From NCBI GenBank assembly GCA_001029795.1, contig CP011216.1:418577-482576 (forward strand): DNA of 64,000 bases, read 5' to 3'. The notes below the pieces were generated by a model. That model was not told the DNA's origin. It saw nothing but the letters and a program-made list of their open reading frames with translations, and did not search any database. Made by a program: the position numbers and the translations under genes. Within the stretch, counting starts at the first letter, position 1, and each line of letters starts with the position of its first letter. Source of the DNA: a candidate division Kazan bacterium GW2011_GWA1_50_15 (lineage in GTDB: Bacteria > Patescibacteriota > Kazan-3B-28). This document shows positions 55,545 to 64,000 of the stretch, piece by piece.

Positions 55545-55614
55545 ACTCGTATTATATATTACTACTCCCCGGACTAGCCGGGGACGGTATAATAGTAACC
55601 GGGAGGTGGTGGGT

Positions 55615-56148
55615 ATGAATCTGCGGCAGGTTAGCAACGTGAGAGATATGCCGGTGTTGGATTTGGAAACTGGCGCCCCGCTAGGCCGGGTTGTAAATTG
55701 GGTGGTAAACCCGCGAGACCAGCGCATCGCTGCGTGGCTTTTGAATAAGAGTCGACTCCTGCAGGCCCAACCGGCGATTGTCCCAGCAGACATTGCTGAA
55801 TATGGTCCGCATATGCTCGTGGCCCGCGATCGTCAAACCGTCATCGCCCCCAGCGAGGTGGTAGGTTTGCCCGAGTTGATCACTAACCAAATGTCGGTCG
55901 TCGGGTTCAGGGCCACGACCGACCAGGGTCAGATATTGGGAACCGTTACCGATATCATATTCGATACGATATCGGCGCAGATCCAAACCTATTACATTCG
56001 GCCGCAGACATTAACCGGTTTGCTCCAAAATGATCTAGTCCTGCCAGCCAGCCGAGTGACCAAGATCGAACCCAAACGAGTGGTATTTGGCGCTGATGTC
56101 GTGAGCCCTCCGCCGGTTCAGACACAGGAACAGATCCAGGCGGTCTAG
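55615..56148 (+). CDS. PRC-barrel domain protein
   Basis: start at ATG 55615 preceded by GGGAGG and an upstream TATAAT (55589-55594); PRC-like segment MPVLDLETGAPLGRVVNWVVNP. Confidence 0.5.
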   Translation: MNLRQVSNVRDMPVLDLETGAPLGRVVNWVVNPRDQRIAAWLLNKSRLLQAQPAIVPADIAEYGPHMLVARDRQTVIAPSEVVGLPELITNQMSVVGFRATTDQGQILGTVTDIIFDTISAQIQTYYIRPQTLTGLLQNDLVLPASRVTKIEPKRVVFGADVVSPPPVQTQEQIQAV

Positions 56149-56846
56149 GTGATCTGGCTGAGACCCAACCGCTGCAGCTCCTGCTTAACCGCTGAGTAGT
56201 TGGGCAGGTCTTGGAGTTTACCAAACTCTTTTTTGACGATGGTGGGCGAGAGCTTGCGGATAAGACCGGCGGACAGTTTCATCGCTTTAAGTGTGGCTGG
56301 GTCGTATTTAAACTTGAGCAGGTGCCTAAACCTTACTACGCGCAGAAGCCTCAGCGGATCCTCTTGGAAACGAATCATCGGATCACCGATAACTCGAATG
56401 ATCTTGTTCTTGATGTCAGCCATCCCGCCGTGGTAGTCCAGATACTTCCCAGTTTTGGGATTCAAGTAGATCGCATTGATAGTTAAATCTCGGCGCGAGG
56501 AATCCTCGGCGGCTACTGGGACGAAGCGGATAGCATCGGGATAGCGTTTAACGCGTTCGAAGTCGCCTTTGTAGATATCTTGGCGGAAGGTCGTGATTTC
56601 GTAGATGACGCCATTGAACCGGAACGAGACCACTCCGAACTGTTCGTCGACAGCGGTAGGGATAAGGTTATTTTTTTTCAAAACTGTTACTACTTGTTTG
56701 GGCTTAGCGCTAGTGGCAATATCAACATCGAATCGATCGAAGTCCATCTTCAAAAGCCGGTCACGAACTTGGTTGCCGACCAAGTAGGCCGAGAAACCGG
56801 CATCCTGTAACCAGAAGAGGGGAGTATTGATCTCCTGTTTGCGCAT
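56145..56846 (-). CDS. class II nucleotidyltransferase (CCA-adding enzyme / poly(A) polymerase family), minimal 233-aa form
   Basis: head-domain motifs YLVGNQVRDRLL, DFDRFDVDIAT, RRDLTINAIY and neck motif EDPLRLLRVVRF; no body/tail domains. Confidence 0.7.
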   Translation of the reverse strand: MRKQEINTPLFWLQDAGFSAYLVGNQVRDRLLKMDFDRFDVDIATSAKPKQVVTVLKKNNLIPTAVDEQFGVVSFRFNGVIYEITTFRQDIYKGDFERVKRYPDAIRFVPVAAEDSSRRDLTINAIYLNPKTGKYLDYHGGMADIKNKIIRVIGDPMIRFQEDPLRLLRVVRFRHLLKFKYDPATLKAMKLSAGLIRKLSPTIVKKEFGKLQDLPNYSAVKQELQRLGLSQIT

Positions 56847-56850
56847 TAGA

Positions 56851-57633
56851 CTAGGACAGTTTAAATATATGCCGAGTATTGGCGACAGTGGCCTCAGCTA
56901 CTTGTTTCAGGGGAAGTTGTTTTAGTTCTGCTATCATCTTAGCTACTTCGATTACGTGGAGCGGCTCGCTCCGCGTCCCGCGCAGATGCTGGGGAGGGAG
57001 ATAGGGACAATCCGTCTCAATTATAATCCGCTCAAGGGGGATCAGCTTAACTGCTTCTCGGAGCGAGTCGTTTTTTGGGTAGGTGATCAGATTATTCAGC
57101 CCAATATAAAATCCCAGCTTTAAAAATCGCTGGGCATGGGCTGACCCGGCCGCGAACGAGTGGATCACCCCCGGGAGCCGGCCATCTAGCCGCGGCAAGT
57201 AGTCTCGTTCCAAAACTCCGAGTATCTCGGTGTAGGCGTCTCGACAATGCAACACGATCGGTTTTTCTAGGACGACTGCCAGCTCCAGTTGAGCGCGAAA
57301 GGCGTCCAACTGTTTGTCGTGAGCCGATAGGTTACGAAAGTAGTCCAGCCCGATCTCACCGATCGCCACCACTTTTGGCTGATGGGCTAAATATTTAATG
57401 GTGTCGGCTGCTTCAGTGTACCCATCGGCGGAATGAGGATGTACCCCGACAGTTGCGTAAATCTCGCGGTAGCGATGCGCTAGGTTAACAGATTCTTGAG
57501 AGGTACTGGCATCAGTGCCTACATTCACCATCGCCGTCAAACCTCCAGCGAGGGACCGTTCGATCACTGCCTCCATATCTTCACGGAAGTCGGGAAAATT
57601 CAGATGCACGTGGCTGTCGATCAGTTCCATCAC
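56851..57633 (-). CDS. tatD: TatD-family metal-dependent hydrolase (DNase)
   Basis: N-terminal IDSHVHLN, internal GEIGLD and C-terminal ETDCPYL motifs. Confidence 0.85.
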   Translation of the reverse strand: MMELIDSHVHLNFPDFREDMEAVIERSLAGGLTAMVNVGTDASTSQESVNLAHRYREIYATVGVHPHSADGYTEAADTIKYLAHQPKVVAIGEIGLDYFRNLSAHDKQLDAFRAQLELAVVLEKPIVLHCRDAYTEILGVLERDYLPRLDGRLPGVIHSFAAGSAHAQRFLKLGFYIGLNNLITYPKNDSLREAVKLIPLERIIIETDCPYLPPQHLRGTRSEPLHVIEVAKMIAELKQLPLKQVAEATVANTRHIFKLS

Positions 57634-58478
57634 TTCATTAAACTAACCCAGACCACTAACCCGGTGATAATCAGACTGGCGATAATATTTTTTGTTCGCC
57701 ACCGTTCTCGCAAGAAAATGACCGACAGAACGTATATCAACACGGGGGAGAGAGTAAAGACAAAGATGGTTTCGCTCAAACCCCTAAGTTGAAAGGCGGT
57801 GTAGGCGGCCACCACTGAGATGACGGCCAACGCCCCTAACACGCCAAAGATAGCCAAATGATGCCGTTTAATAATTTTGAAATTGGGCCAGGCCACCAAC
57901 GACAATGCTAATAGGACAAATACTGAGCGAATTAAATAGAGCGCGATCGGGTCATAGACCGTCAGCAAGGTTTTAATGGCCGAGGCCTCCAAACCGTAGA
58001 TCAACGAGAAGCCGACGATAGCTGTCAGCCCACGGGTGAGTACGAGTTTGTGTTTCCGCCAATGACTCCAGACTAGCACCAGACTGGCCACCCCAGCCGC
58101 TAGATAGACTGGCCAGATGCGTTCGTTGGAATAAAATACCCCAGCGATCAAAATCGCCACCAGCGGATTAAATAGCAGGAACGGCTCAACCTCAGAAATT
58201 TTTTCCCGTTCGATCGCCCAGTAGAACAGCAAGTTAGCCGCCGTGGCGAGGATGACTACACCAGCCAACAGTTGCCAAACCGACTGCATCTGTACTATGG
58301 CTGGCCAGCGGACAAAGAATGGTGTGGTCAACAGCAACACGAACACGATCCCCACGAACTGCAGCCAGTTGAACTCTCGGCTGGTCAGCCGACCGTACTG
58401 GCGAAAGAAGTGTTTGACGATGGTCATGTATGACGCATCGGCCACCACCGCGATAATGGGAAGTAAGATAACCGGCAT
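57630..58478 (-). CDS. DMT-superfamily (EamA-like) membrane transporter
   Basis: 282 aa, about 10 TM helices in two repeated halves. Confidence 0.55.
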   Translation of the reverse strand: MPVILLPIIAVVADASYMTIVKHFFRQYGRLTSREFNWLQFVGIVFVLLLTTPFFVRWPAIVQMQSVWQLLAGVVILATAANLLFYWAIEREKISEVEPFLLFNPLVAILIAGVFYSNERIWPVYLAAGVASLVLVWSHWRKHKLVLTRGLTAIVGFSLIYGLEASAIKTLLTVYDPIALYLIRSVFVLLALSLVAWPNFKIIKRHHLAIFGVLGALAVISVVAAYTAFQLRGLSETIFVFTLSPVLIYVLSVIFLRERWRTKNIIASLIITGLVVWVSLMK

Positions 58479-60002
58479 TTAATTTGGTTTAGGGAATAAT
58501 ATCTCAGACTGTCCCAATTTATGCCCCTCTGGCAGACCGTCCCATTTTGTTTCTTGTTCAAAATTGAAAGTGTCGGGATTAATCGGTTCAAGCCCGAGCT
58601 GTTGGCGCATACGATCAGCAGTGGCCGGCGTAAAGGGGTAAAGCGCAATGCTGATATGGCAGAGCTCCTGCAGTGAGCCGTAAATGCCGGAGTACGCAAC
58701 CTCGGGGTCGTTTTTGATCGCTGACCATGGCTGTACCGCATCGATAAAGCGGTTCATGTCCGATATCCGCTTATGAAGAGAGAGCAGGGCCGCATTAAGC
58801 TGCAACTTACTTATCTGATCGCCAAATTCTTGCCACCACTTCTGGCTGCGCTTGGGCCCTACCTCGTGGACCGCCAGCTCCTTGGACGCGTTAGGAACCA
58901 GATTGCCGCAGTGGTTCTTAGCTAGAGTTAACACGCGGCTCAGAAGATTCCCTAAGTCGTTCGCGAGGTCGGCGATATAGATATCCCTAAACCGAGTGGG
59001 AGAGTAGTCGCCATCATCCATAGTTGGGATCTCTTTTAAGAGATAGTAGCGAACAGCGTCGGCGCCCCACTTGTCGATCAGTTCGATCGGGTCGACCACA
59101 TTGCCGATAGATTTGCTCATCTTGCGACCCTCGACCAAGATGTGGCCGTGCACCAACATCTGTTTTGGCCAAGGCAGACCGATAACCTTGAGCATCGCTG
59201 GCCAAATGATGGAGTGGAACCGTAGGATATCTTTGCCGATCACCTGGACATCGGCTGGCCAGTATTTCATATTCTTATCATCTCCAGCATAGCCGAGGGC
59301 GCTAATGTAGTTAGTCAGCGCGTCGCACCAGACATACATTACTTGGTCGTCATCACCTGGGACCGGCACCCCCCAAGGTAACTTATCCTTGGGACGAGAG
59401 AAGCTAACATCGGTTAGCCCGCTAGCAACAAAGTTCAACATCTCCTTCGCCCGATGTTTCGGCTGGATATCAATAGCGGTTAACGCTGTTTCAACTTCGG
59501 CGCGGTAATTGGTCAACCGGAACAGATAGTTGTCTTCCGATAGTTCAACCACTTTCTTATCGGCGTACTCTGGAGACCCGGCTTCACTTTTGGTGATGTA
59601 AGCTTCGTCGGTCAGCGAGTAAAGCCCCTGATAATGACCTTTATAAATAGCGTTTTTGGCCGCCAACTCCTGCCAGACCTTCTGAGCGGTCGGCCAGTGC
59701 CGCTTTTGATCAGTTGTGCGGATAAAGTCGGTATTAGAGATATTCAACCGCTCAATTAACATTTGGACCGCCGCCGCATTGGCGTCTACAAACTCTTCCG
59801 GGGTCTGACCAGCCGTTTTGGCTGTCTCATAGACCTTGGTCCCGTGTTCGTCGGTGCCGGTCAAGAAATAAACATCCTTGCCCAGCAACCGGTGCCAACG
59901 AGCCAGCACATCGGCCTGCAATAACTCCAACGCAAAGCCGATGTGCGGTTTGGCGTTGGCGTAGACTATCGAGGTGGTGATATAAAACTTTGGCTTATCC
60001 AT
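58479..60002 (-). CDS. metG: methionine--tRNA ligase (short form)
   Basis: class I HIGH-type motif PHIGFA, zinc-knuckle region, KMSKS motif KMSKSIGN. Confidence 0.9.
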   Translation of the reverse strand: MDKPKFYITTSIVYANAKPHIGFALELLQADVLARWHRLLGKDVYFLTGTDEHGTKVYETAKTAGQTPEEFVDANAAAVQMLIERLNISNTDFIRTTDQKRHWPTAQKVWQELAAKNAIYKGHYQGLYSLTDEAYITKSEAGSPEYADKKVVELSEDNYLFRLTNYRAEVETALTAIDIQPKHRAKEMLNFVASGLTDVSFSRPKDKLPWGVPVPGDDDQVMYVWCDALTNYISALGYAGDDKNMKYWPADVQVIGKDILRFHSIIWPAMLKVIGLPWPKQMLVHGHILVEGRKMSKSIGNVVDPIELIDKWGADAVRYYLLKEIPTMDDGDYSPTRFRDIYIADLANDLGNLLSRVLTLAKNHCGNLVPNASKELAVHEVGPKRSQKWWQEFGDQISKLQLNAALLSLHKRISDMNRFIDAVQPWSAIKNDPEVAYSGIYGSLQELCHISIALYPFTPATADRMRQQLGLEPINPDTFNFEQETKWDGLPEGHKLGQSEILFPKPN

Positions 60003-60079
60003 AAAATCTGCTTCTGAGGCTAGTTTTAACTCGCATCCATTATAACCGAAAGGCTACCTTTAGGTACAATAGATGTGCG

Positions 60080-60706
60080 ATGCAGATAACCAAGCTCACT
60101 ACCCAAGTAAAAAACCCGGAGAGAGTTAGCCTGTACGTGGACGGTAGGTTCTTCCGCGGGCTTGATAAACTTGTAGCTATGCGATTGGGTTTAAAGCCTG
60201 GCCTGACCCTAACCCCAACCCTCGTCCAGCGATTAGAGGAACACCAGACCCAGAGTAATGCATGGGAAACAGCGCTGCGCTCGGTGGCACACAGCCCCAA
60301 AAGCACAGCGGTCATGCGCCGTAAGCTACTCCAAAAGTTCCCGGCAGCCATTGTGACCGAGACCATCACCCGTTTGGTCGAGGGGCAAATCCTCAATGAT
60401 TCGGCTCTGGCTAGCCACTTAGCCAATCACTACAGCGCCGGGGGACACCGCAGTCGCAAGCAGATCTGGGCGCTGTTAAAGACCAAACAGTTGTCAGACC
60501 CCGATATCCGCAGTGCGCTAGACCAGCTTGACGGGACCCATGAACTGCAGGCCGCCCAGCGGTTAGCCGATAAGAAGAATCACCAATGGCGAGCGTTGGC
60601 TTGGGCAGATCGATATCAAAAAATCGCCGGGTATCTGGCCCAGCGGGGGTTCCCTTACGCAATTATCAAACAAGTTGTGACTAAAGACTCCCTAGAGACC
60701 CAATAA
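60080..60706 (+). CDS. recX: recombination regulator RecX
   Basis: about 200 aa helical-repeat protein with RecX-like N-terminus; divergent from metG. Confidence 0.6.
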   Translation: MQITKLTTQVKNPERVSLYVDGRFFRGLDKLVAMRLGLKPGLTLTPTLVQRLEEHQTQSNAWETALRSVAHSPKSTAVMRRKLLQKFPAAIVTETITRLVEGQILNDSALASHLANHYSAGGHRSRKQIWALLKTKQLSDPDIRSALDQLDGTHELQAAQRLADKKNHQWRALAWADRYQKIAGYLAQRGFPYAIIKQVVTKDSLETQ

Positions 60707-60946
60707 GCGGCTGAGCTGTAGTTGATCAAAACCTACTATCACCCGCTCGGTATTATCAGCGAACTGGACTACACTAACCGGCACACCTAGCTGCTGACTT
60801 TTTTGGACCATCTCTTGCCGGGCCGCGATGTCGGTAGCAACATCTTTGTTATCAAAAGCAATCCTGTTTTGGGAGAGCCAATCTTTTAATAAATGACAGT
60901 AATGGCAGGTGGGGGTGGAGTAGATGGTGTATTTTTTGACTGACAT
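60692..60946 (-). CDS. glutaredoxin-like protein (NrdH/Grx family)
   Basis: 84 aa; active site TCHYCH (CxxC) in a thioredoxin-fold context. Confidence 0.8.
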   Translation of the reverse strand: MSVKKYTIYSTPTCHYCHLLKDWLSQNRIAFDNKDVATDIAARQEMVQKSQQLGVPVSVVQFADNTERVIVGFDQLQLSRLLGL

Positions 60947-60973
60947 AGTCAGAGCGATTGAATAAATGCCTAC

Positions 60974-62236
60974 CTAGTGTATCACACCGCGCCAGCGCAG
61001 GGCGGTTAACATCCGCGAGAAACCTACTACGTACGCTCCGGCCCGCAGATCGACGTTGTGGGCTGACGCGGTCCGCACCACATCTGCGAAAGCGGTATGC
61101 ATAATTTGGTGAAGCCGCTGGTGTACCTCGGTCTCCGGCCAATAAAAGTTCTGTTGGTTTTGCACCCACTCAAAGTAGCTGACGACCACCCCGCCGGCAT
61201 TCGCCAAAATATCTGGCACTACTAGAACGTTCCGCTGGCTTAAGATATCATCAGCCTCTGAGGTTACAGGGTGATTTGCCAACTCTAAAACTATCTTAGC
61301 CTCCATCTCGGCGGCGTTAGTGGCGGTGACTTGATTCTCCAGGGCGGCTAGCACTAGCACATCAACTGGCAAGGTCAGTAGTTCTGAGTTAGTGATGTTG
61401 TGGCTGTACTCGGCATTTTCGACCGAGCCAGTTTTGGTTTTATGTTGAAGGACGTCTGGAACGTCCAGACCAGCTGAGCGATACACTCCGCTATGGGTAT
61501 CGCTTATGGCCACCACTTGGAAACGATCGTCCTCGGCCATCAGCCGGGCTAGCCCGCCGCCAACGTTGCCAGCTCCTTGAATAGCGACCGTCAACGGACG
61601 TTTTCTAATATTGAGGTGGTCCAAGAGTTCGTCCAAAACGTATTTACCCCCAAGTGAGGTAGCGGTCTCTCTACCCTGAGAGCCAAACATACCCAAGGGC
61701 TTGCCGGTGGTCACGCCAGGAGCGCTATGACCGATCAACCGTTCATACTCGTCCAACACCCAAGCCATGGTGGCACCGTCAGTGTTGACGTCGGGGGCCG
61801 GGATATCTTTGGTCGGCCCTAGATATTCGCCGAAAGCTCGGACGTAGGCCCGCGCCACCCGCTCTCGCTCAGCGGCAGAGAGATTGCGACCATCAACTCG
61901 CACCCCACCCTTGGCTCCGCCCAGCGGGATGCCGACCACGGCAGTCTTAACGCTCATCAAACTAGCGAGAGTAGTAACCTCGTCTAGGTCCACATCGGGG
62001 TGGAATCTGAGTCCACCTTTGTAGGGACCCCTGGCGTTGCTGTGCTGCACTCGCCACGCCGGCAGGCTAACCTCGCGTCCCGCATCGGTAGTGATGGCCA
62101 GCTGAGCAGAGTAAACATGATCAGGACGAAGGAGGAGTTGACGGGTGACTTCATCGACACCTAGCAAATCCAGGGCAGCCATGGCAGCGGCTGATGATAA
62201 AGCGCCCCCCATTGGCTCGGATAATGTTTGGGGCAT
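60974..62236 (-). CDS. gdhA: Glu/Leu/Phe/Val-family amino acid dehydrogenase (glutamate dehydrogenase)
   Basis: catalytic GGAKGG glycine-rich motif and Rossmann GxGxVG motif (IQGAGNVGG). Confidence 0.8.
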   Translation of the reverse strand: MPQTLSEPMGGALSSAAAMAALDLLGVDEVTRQLLLRPDHVYSAQLAITTDAGREVSLPAWRVQHSNARGPYKGGLRFHPDVDLDEVTTLASLMSVKTAVVGIPLGGAKGGVRVDGRNLSAAERERVARAYVRAFGEYLGPTKDIPAPDVNTDGATMAWVLDEYERLIGHSAPGVTTGKPLGMFGSQGRETATSLGGKYVLDELLDHLNIRKRPLTVAIQGAGNVGGGLARLMAEDDRFQVVAISDTHSGVYRSAGLDVPDVLQHKTKTGSVENAEYSHNITNSELLTLPVDVLVLAALENQVTATNAAEMEAKIVLELANHPVTSEADDILSQRNVLVVPDILANAGGVVVSYFEWVQNQQNFYWPETEVHQRLHQIMHTAFADVVRTASAHNVDLRAGAYVVGFSRMLTALRWRGVIH

Positions 62237-62245
62237 AGTCTTGAA

Positions 62246-63199
62246 TTATTTAATATAACCTTGGTCAGCGAACTTAGCGTCTGGTTCGCGACCTTGGAGG
62301 TAGTTATAAGCAGCTAGGGCCGCCTTGGCTCCCTCGCCAGCCGAGATAACGGTTTGTTTGAATGGCACAGTCGTCACATCGCCGGCCGCAAAAACCCCGG
62401 GCTGACTGGTTTGGTTAAAATTGTCTATAACGATCTCACCCGTCTCACTCAGTCGGACCAGCTCTTTGACGAAATCGGTAAACACCTCCTGACCCACCTC
62501 GACAAATACTCCTTCAGCGGCGATCTCGCGGTCGCCCCCCGGAGTAGTCACGGTGATAGCATTAACGAACTGGCCGCCCTTGATTGTCTTGACCGTACTA
62601 TTAAGTACCAACTCAATTTTAGGATTAGACCTAACTTTATCTACTAAAATGCCTTCCGCCCGAAAATCATCCCGCCGATGGACTAGATAGATCTTGCTTG
62701 CGATCTTGGTCAAAAGTAGCGCCGCATCCATGGCCGCGTTACCGCCGCCGATCACGGCAACAGTCTTCCCTTCGAACATAGGCGCATCGCAGGTGGCGCA
62801 ATAAACTACCCCTCTATTCAAGAACTCAGCTTCCCCGGGTACTCCCAGGTGACGATGGCTTTTACCAAAAGCTAAAATAACCGCTCGGGCATGGTAGTCT
62901 CCGCCCATATCGCCGCGGAGAATAAATCCGTTAGGATCTTTGCTAATCTCGGTCACACCCTCTAGTTGGATCGTGGCCCCGAACTTTTTCACCTGGTCAG
63001 CGAACCGGTCCATTAAATCCGGTCCAGTCGAAAAGTCTACGCCGGGGTAATTTTCAATATCCATTGTGGTCGAGGTCTGGCCGCCCAAATCGCGGCTTAA
63101 AACCAGAGTGGTAAGTTTCCGGCGGGTAGCGTACAGCGCGGCCGATAGCCCGGCCGCCCCCGCCCCCACGATAACAATGTCATAGTTTTGCATGGCCAC
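62246..63199 (-). CDS. trxB: thioredoxin-disulfide reductase
   Basis: FAD motif IVIVGAGAAG, redox-active CATCD, NADPH motif AVIGGGNAA. Confidence 0.9.
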   Translation of the reverse strand: MAMQNYDIVIVGAGAAGLSAALYATRRKLTTLVLSRDLGGQTSTTMDIENYPGVDFSTGPDLMDRFADQVKKFGATIQLEGVTEISKDPNGFILRGDMGGDYHARAVILAFGKSHRHLGVPGEAEFLNRGVVYCATCDAPMFEGKTVAVIGGGNAAMDAALLLTKIASKIYLVHRRDDFRAEGILVDKVRSNPKIELVLNSTVKTIKGGQFVNAITVTTPGGDREIAAEGVFVEVGQEVFTDFVKELVRLSETGEIVIDNFNQTSQPGVFAAGDVTTVPFKQTVISAGEGAKAALAAYNYLQGREPDAKFADQGYIK

Positions 63200-63275
63200 C
63201 CCATTATAACAATGGTGGCAAGAGAGGATATCAAAGCCCCCCGATGGCTATCGGGGGGCTGACATCTTAAACTAA

Positions 63276-63497
63276 TTAAAACTCGTCTTCGGTCTCGTCA
63301 CTGTCGCCATCAGTAGCCGCTTCCATCGAGGGTGCGACCACGGTCTCCGTTTCCTCGTCCTCGTCACTGTCGTCATCGTCGTCATCGTCCAGACCAGCGG
63401 CTGCACTAGGCGTGATCTCTTCGGTGTCTTCGGTCTCACTGTGGCCCATCACATCCATGTCGCCGTCGCCACCCATCGTATCCATATCATCGTTCAT
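63276..63497 (-). CDS. small highly acidic protein (73 aa)
   Basis: start moved to ATG at 63495-63497 (MNDDMDTMGGDGDMD...DDDDDDDSDEDEETE...); the ORF-track N-terminal extension overlaps tRNA-Glu. Confidence 0.5.
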   Translation of the reverse strand: MNDDMDTMGGDGDMDVMGHSETEDTEEITPSAAAGLDDDDDDDSDEDEETETVVAPSMEAATDGDSDETEDEF

Positions 63498-63600
63498 AAT
63501 ATTCCCATAAATTAATAATGACTTGAACCTGCTCGACCCTGGATGCGTCCACCGAAAAACCAACAGGCGGTACGCGTTGCGTGTTACATACATTGCCGAG

Positions 63601-63628
63601 TGTATAGATAGCCCCGGGGAGGTGTCAA
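63601..63628 (-). promoter_or_regulatory. putative sigma70 promoter for the acidic-protein gene
   Basis: minus-strand TTGACA-16-TATACA (rc of tgtcaa 63623-63628 and tgtata 63601-63606). Confidence 0.4.
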
Positions 63629-63643
63629 CAAGTTTTTTAGGCG

Positions 63644-63718
63644 TGGTAGCCCGTATGGGAGTCGAACCCATCTTTCCAGCTTGAAAAGCTAGCGTCCTAA
63701 CCGATAGACGAACGGGCC
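63644..63718 (-). tRNA. tRNA-Glu (anticodon TTC)
   Basis: reverse complement: acceptor ggcccgt/acgggct, anticodon stem ctagc/gctgg with loop ttTTCaa, T-loop gggttcgactccc, CCA encoded. Confidence 0.8.
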
Positions 63719-63842
63719 TGAAACTGCTGCGTAGTTAATATCCAATCACTAATATTCAATTTTCAATTCTTCAATCAGGTTTTTGAGTATTAGACATTGG
63801 ATATTACGGCGGAGCTGTTTTGGGACTGCTCCACTATCCGGG

Positions 63843-63914
63843 TGGGCGCAGAAGGATTCGGACCTTCGACCAATCGCTTAAGAGGCGACTGCTCTACCGC
63901 TGAGCTATGCGCCC
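63843..63914 (-). tRNA. tRNA-Lys (anticodon CTT)
   Basis: reverse complement: acceptor gggcgca/tgcgccc, D-arm gctc-agcggta-gagc, anticodon loop ctCTTaa, T-loop ggtccgaatcc; CCA not encoded. Confidence 0.8.
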
Positions 63915-63933
63915 ACCCGGATAGTGGAGGATT

Positions 63934-63955
63934 ACCGCTGAGCTATGCGCTCACC
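63934..63955 (-). repeat. duplicated tRNA 5'-fragment (22-nt near-identical direct repeat of the tRNA-Lys(CTT) 5' end)
   Basis: ccgctgagctatgcgcTcaccc (63934-63955) versus ccgctgagctatgcgcCcaccc in the tRNA (63897-63918); acceptor plus D-arm only, no anticodon or T arm follows. Confidence 0.6.
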
Positions 63956-64000
63956 CAAGTTGATAAACAAACCTCCGAGCTTTTACTATCTTATCTTATT

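Noticed and set aside
55498-55614. N-terminal extension of the PRC-barrel ORF (and the long upstream extension of the lipoprotein ORF to 55793)
   Set aside because: The two extensions overlap each other on opposite strands; internal ATGs with a ribosome-binding site and signal peptide/lipobox give consistent, non-overlapping genes.
1-64000. Prophage, integron or transposon content
   Set aside because: No integrase, transposase, terminase, capsid or recombinase-like ORFs were recognised; the only mobile-element-like signals are the miniature palindromic elements and the tRNA fragment duplication.

Overview
This 64-kb window reads as a compact chromosomal segment, about 52-55% GC by eye, with short intergenic gaps, frequent 1-4 nt gene overlaps and no rRNA, CRISPR array, transposase or integrase. 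I annotate 9 tRNA genes and about 60 protein-coding genes, all by hand-folding and motif recognition, since no searches could be run. Housekeeping genes include rpmB, mnmA, ndk, rny, tsaE/tsaB, ruvB, uppP, metG, recX, trxB and a glutamate dehydrogenase. The accessory content is a surface-glycan cluster (6.9-18.2 kb) encoding a sialic-acid-like (nonulosonic acid) pathway, two paralogous ECF sigma/anti-sigma modules upstream of a 1239-aa secreted Thr-rich surface protein, two tandem giant Kelch-repeat surface proteins behind a consensus promoter, and an LPXTG-anchored lamin-tail-domain protein. The most unusual signals are (i) a 1.3-kb non-coding locus with about 14 copies of a 19-bp palindrome (CCTACAA-N5-TTGTAGG) beside a MerR/excisionase-type HTH gene, one copy forming the spacer of a consensus promoter, and (ii) a family of short palindromic MITE-like elements found intergenically and as in-frame insertions inside mnmA. 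Gene content (sortase substrate, RNase Y, many TPR membrane proteins, reduced enzymes) is compatible with a small-genome uncultivated bacterium, but taxonomy cannot be established from the sequence alone. ORF-track starts sometimes use non-ATG codons or overlap neighbours, so a few starts were moved to the first plausible ATG.
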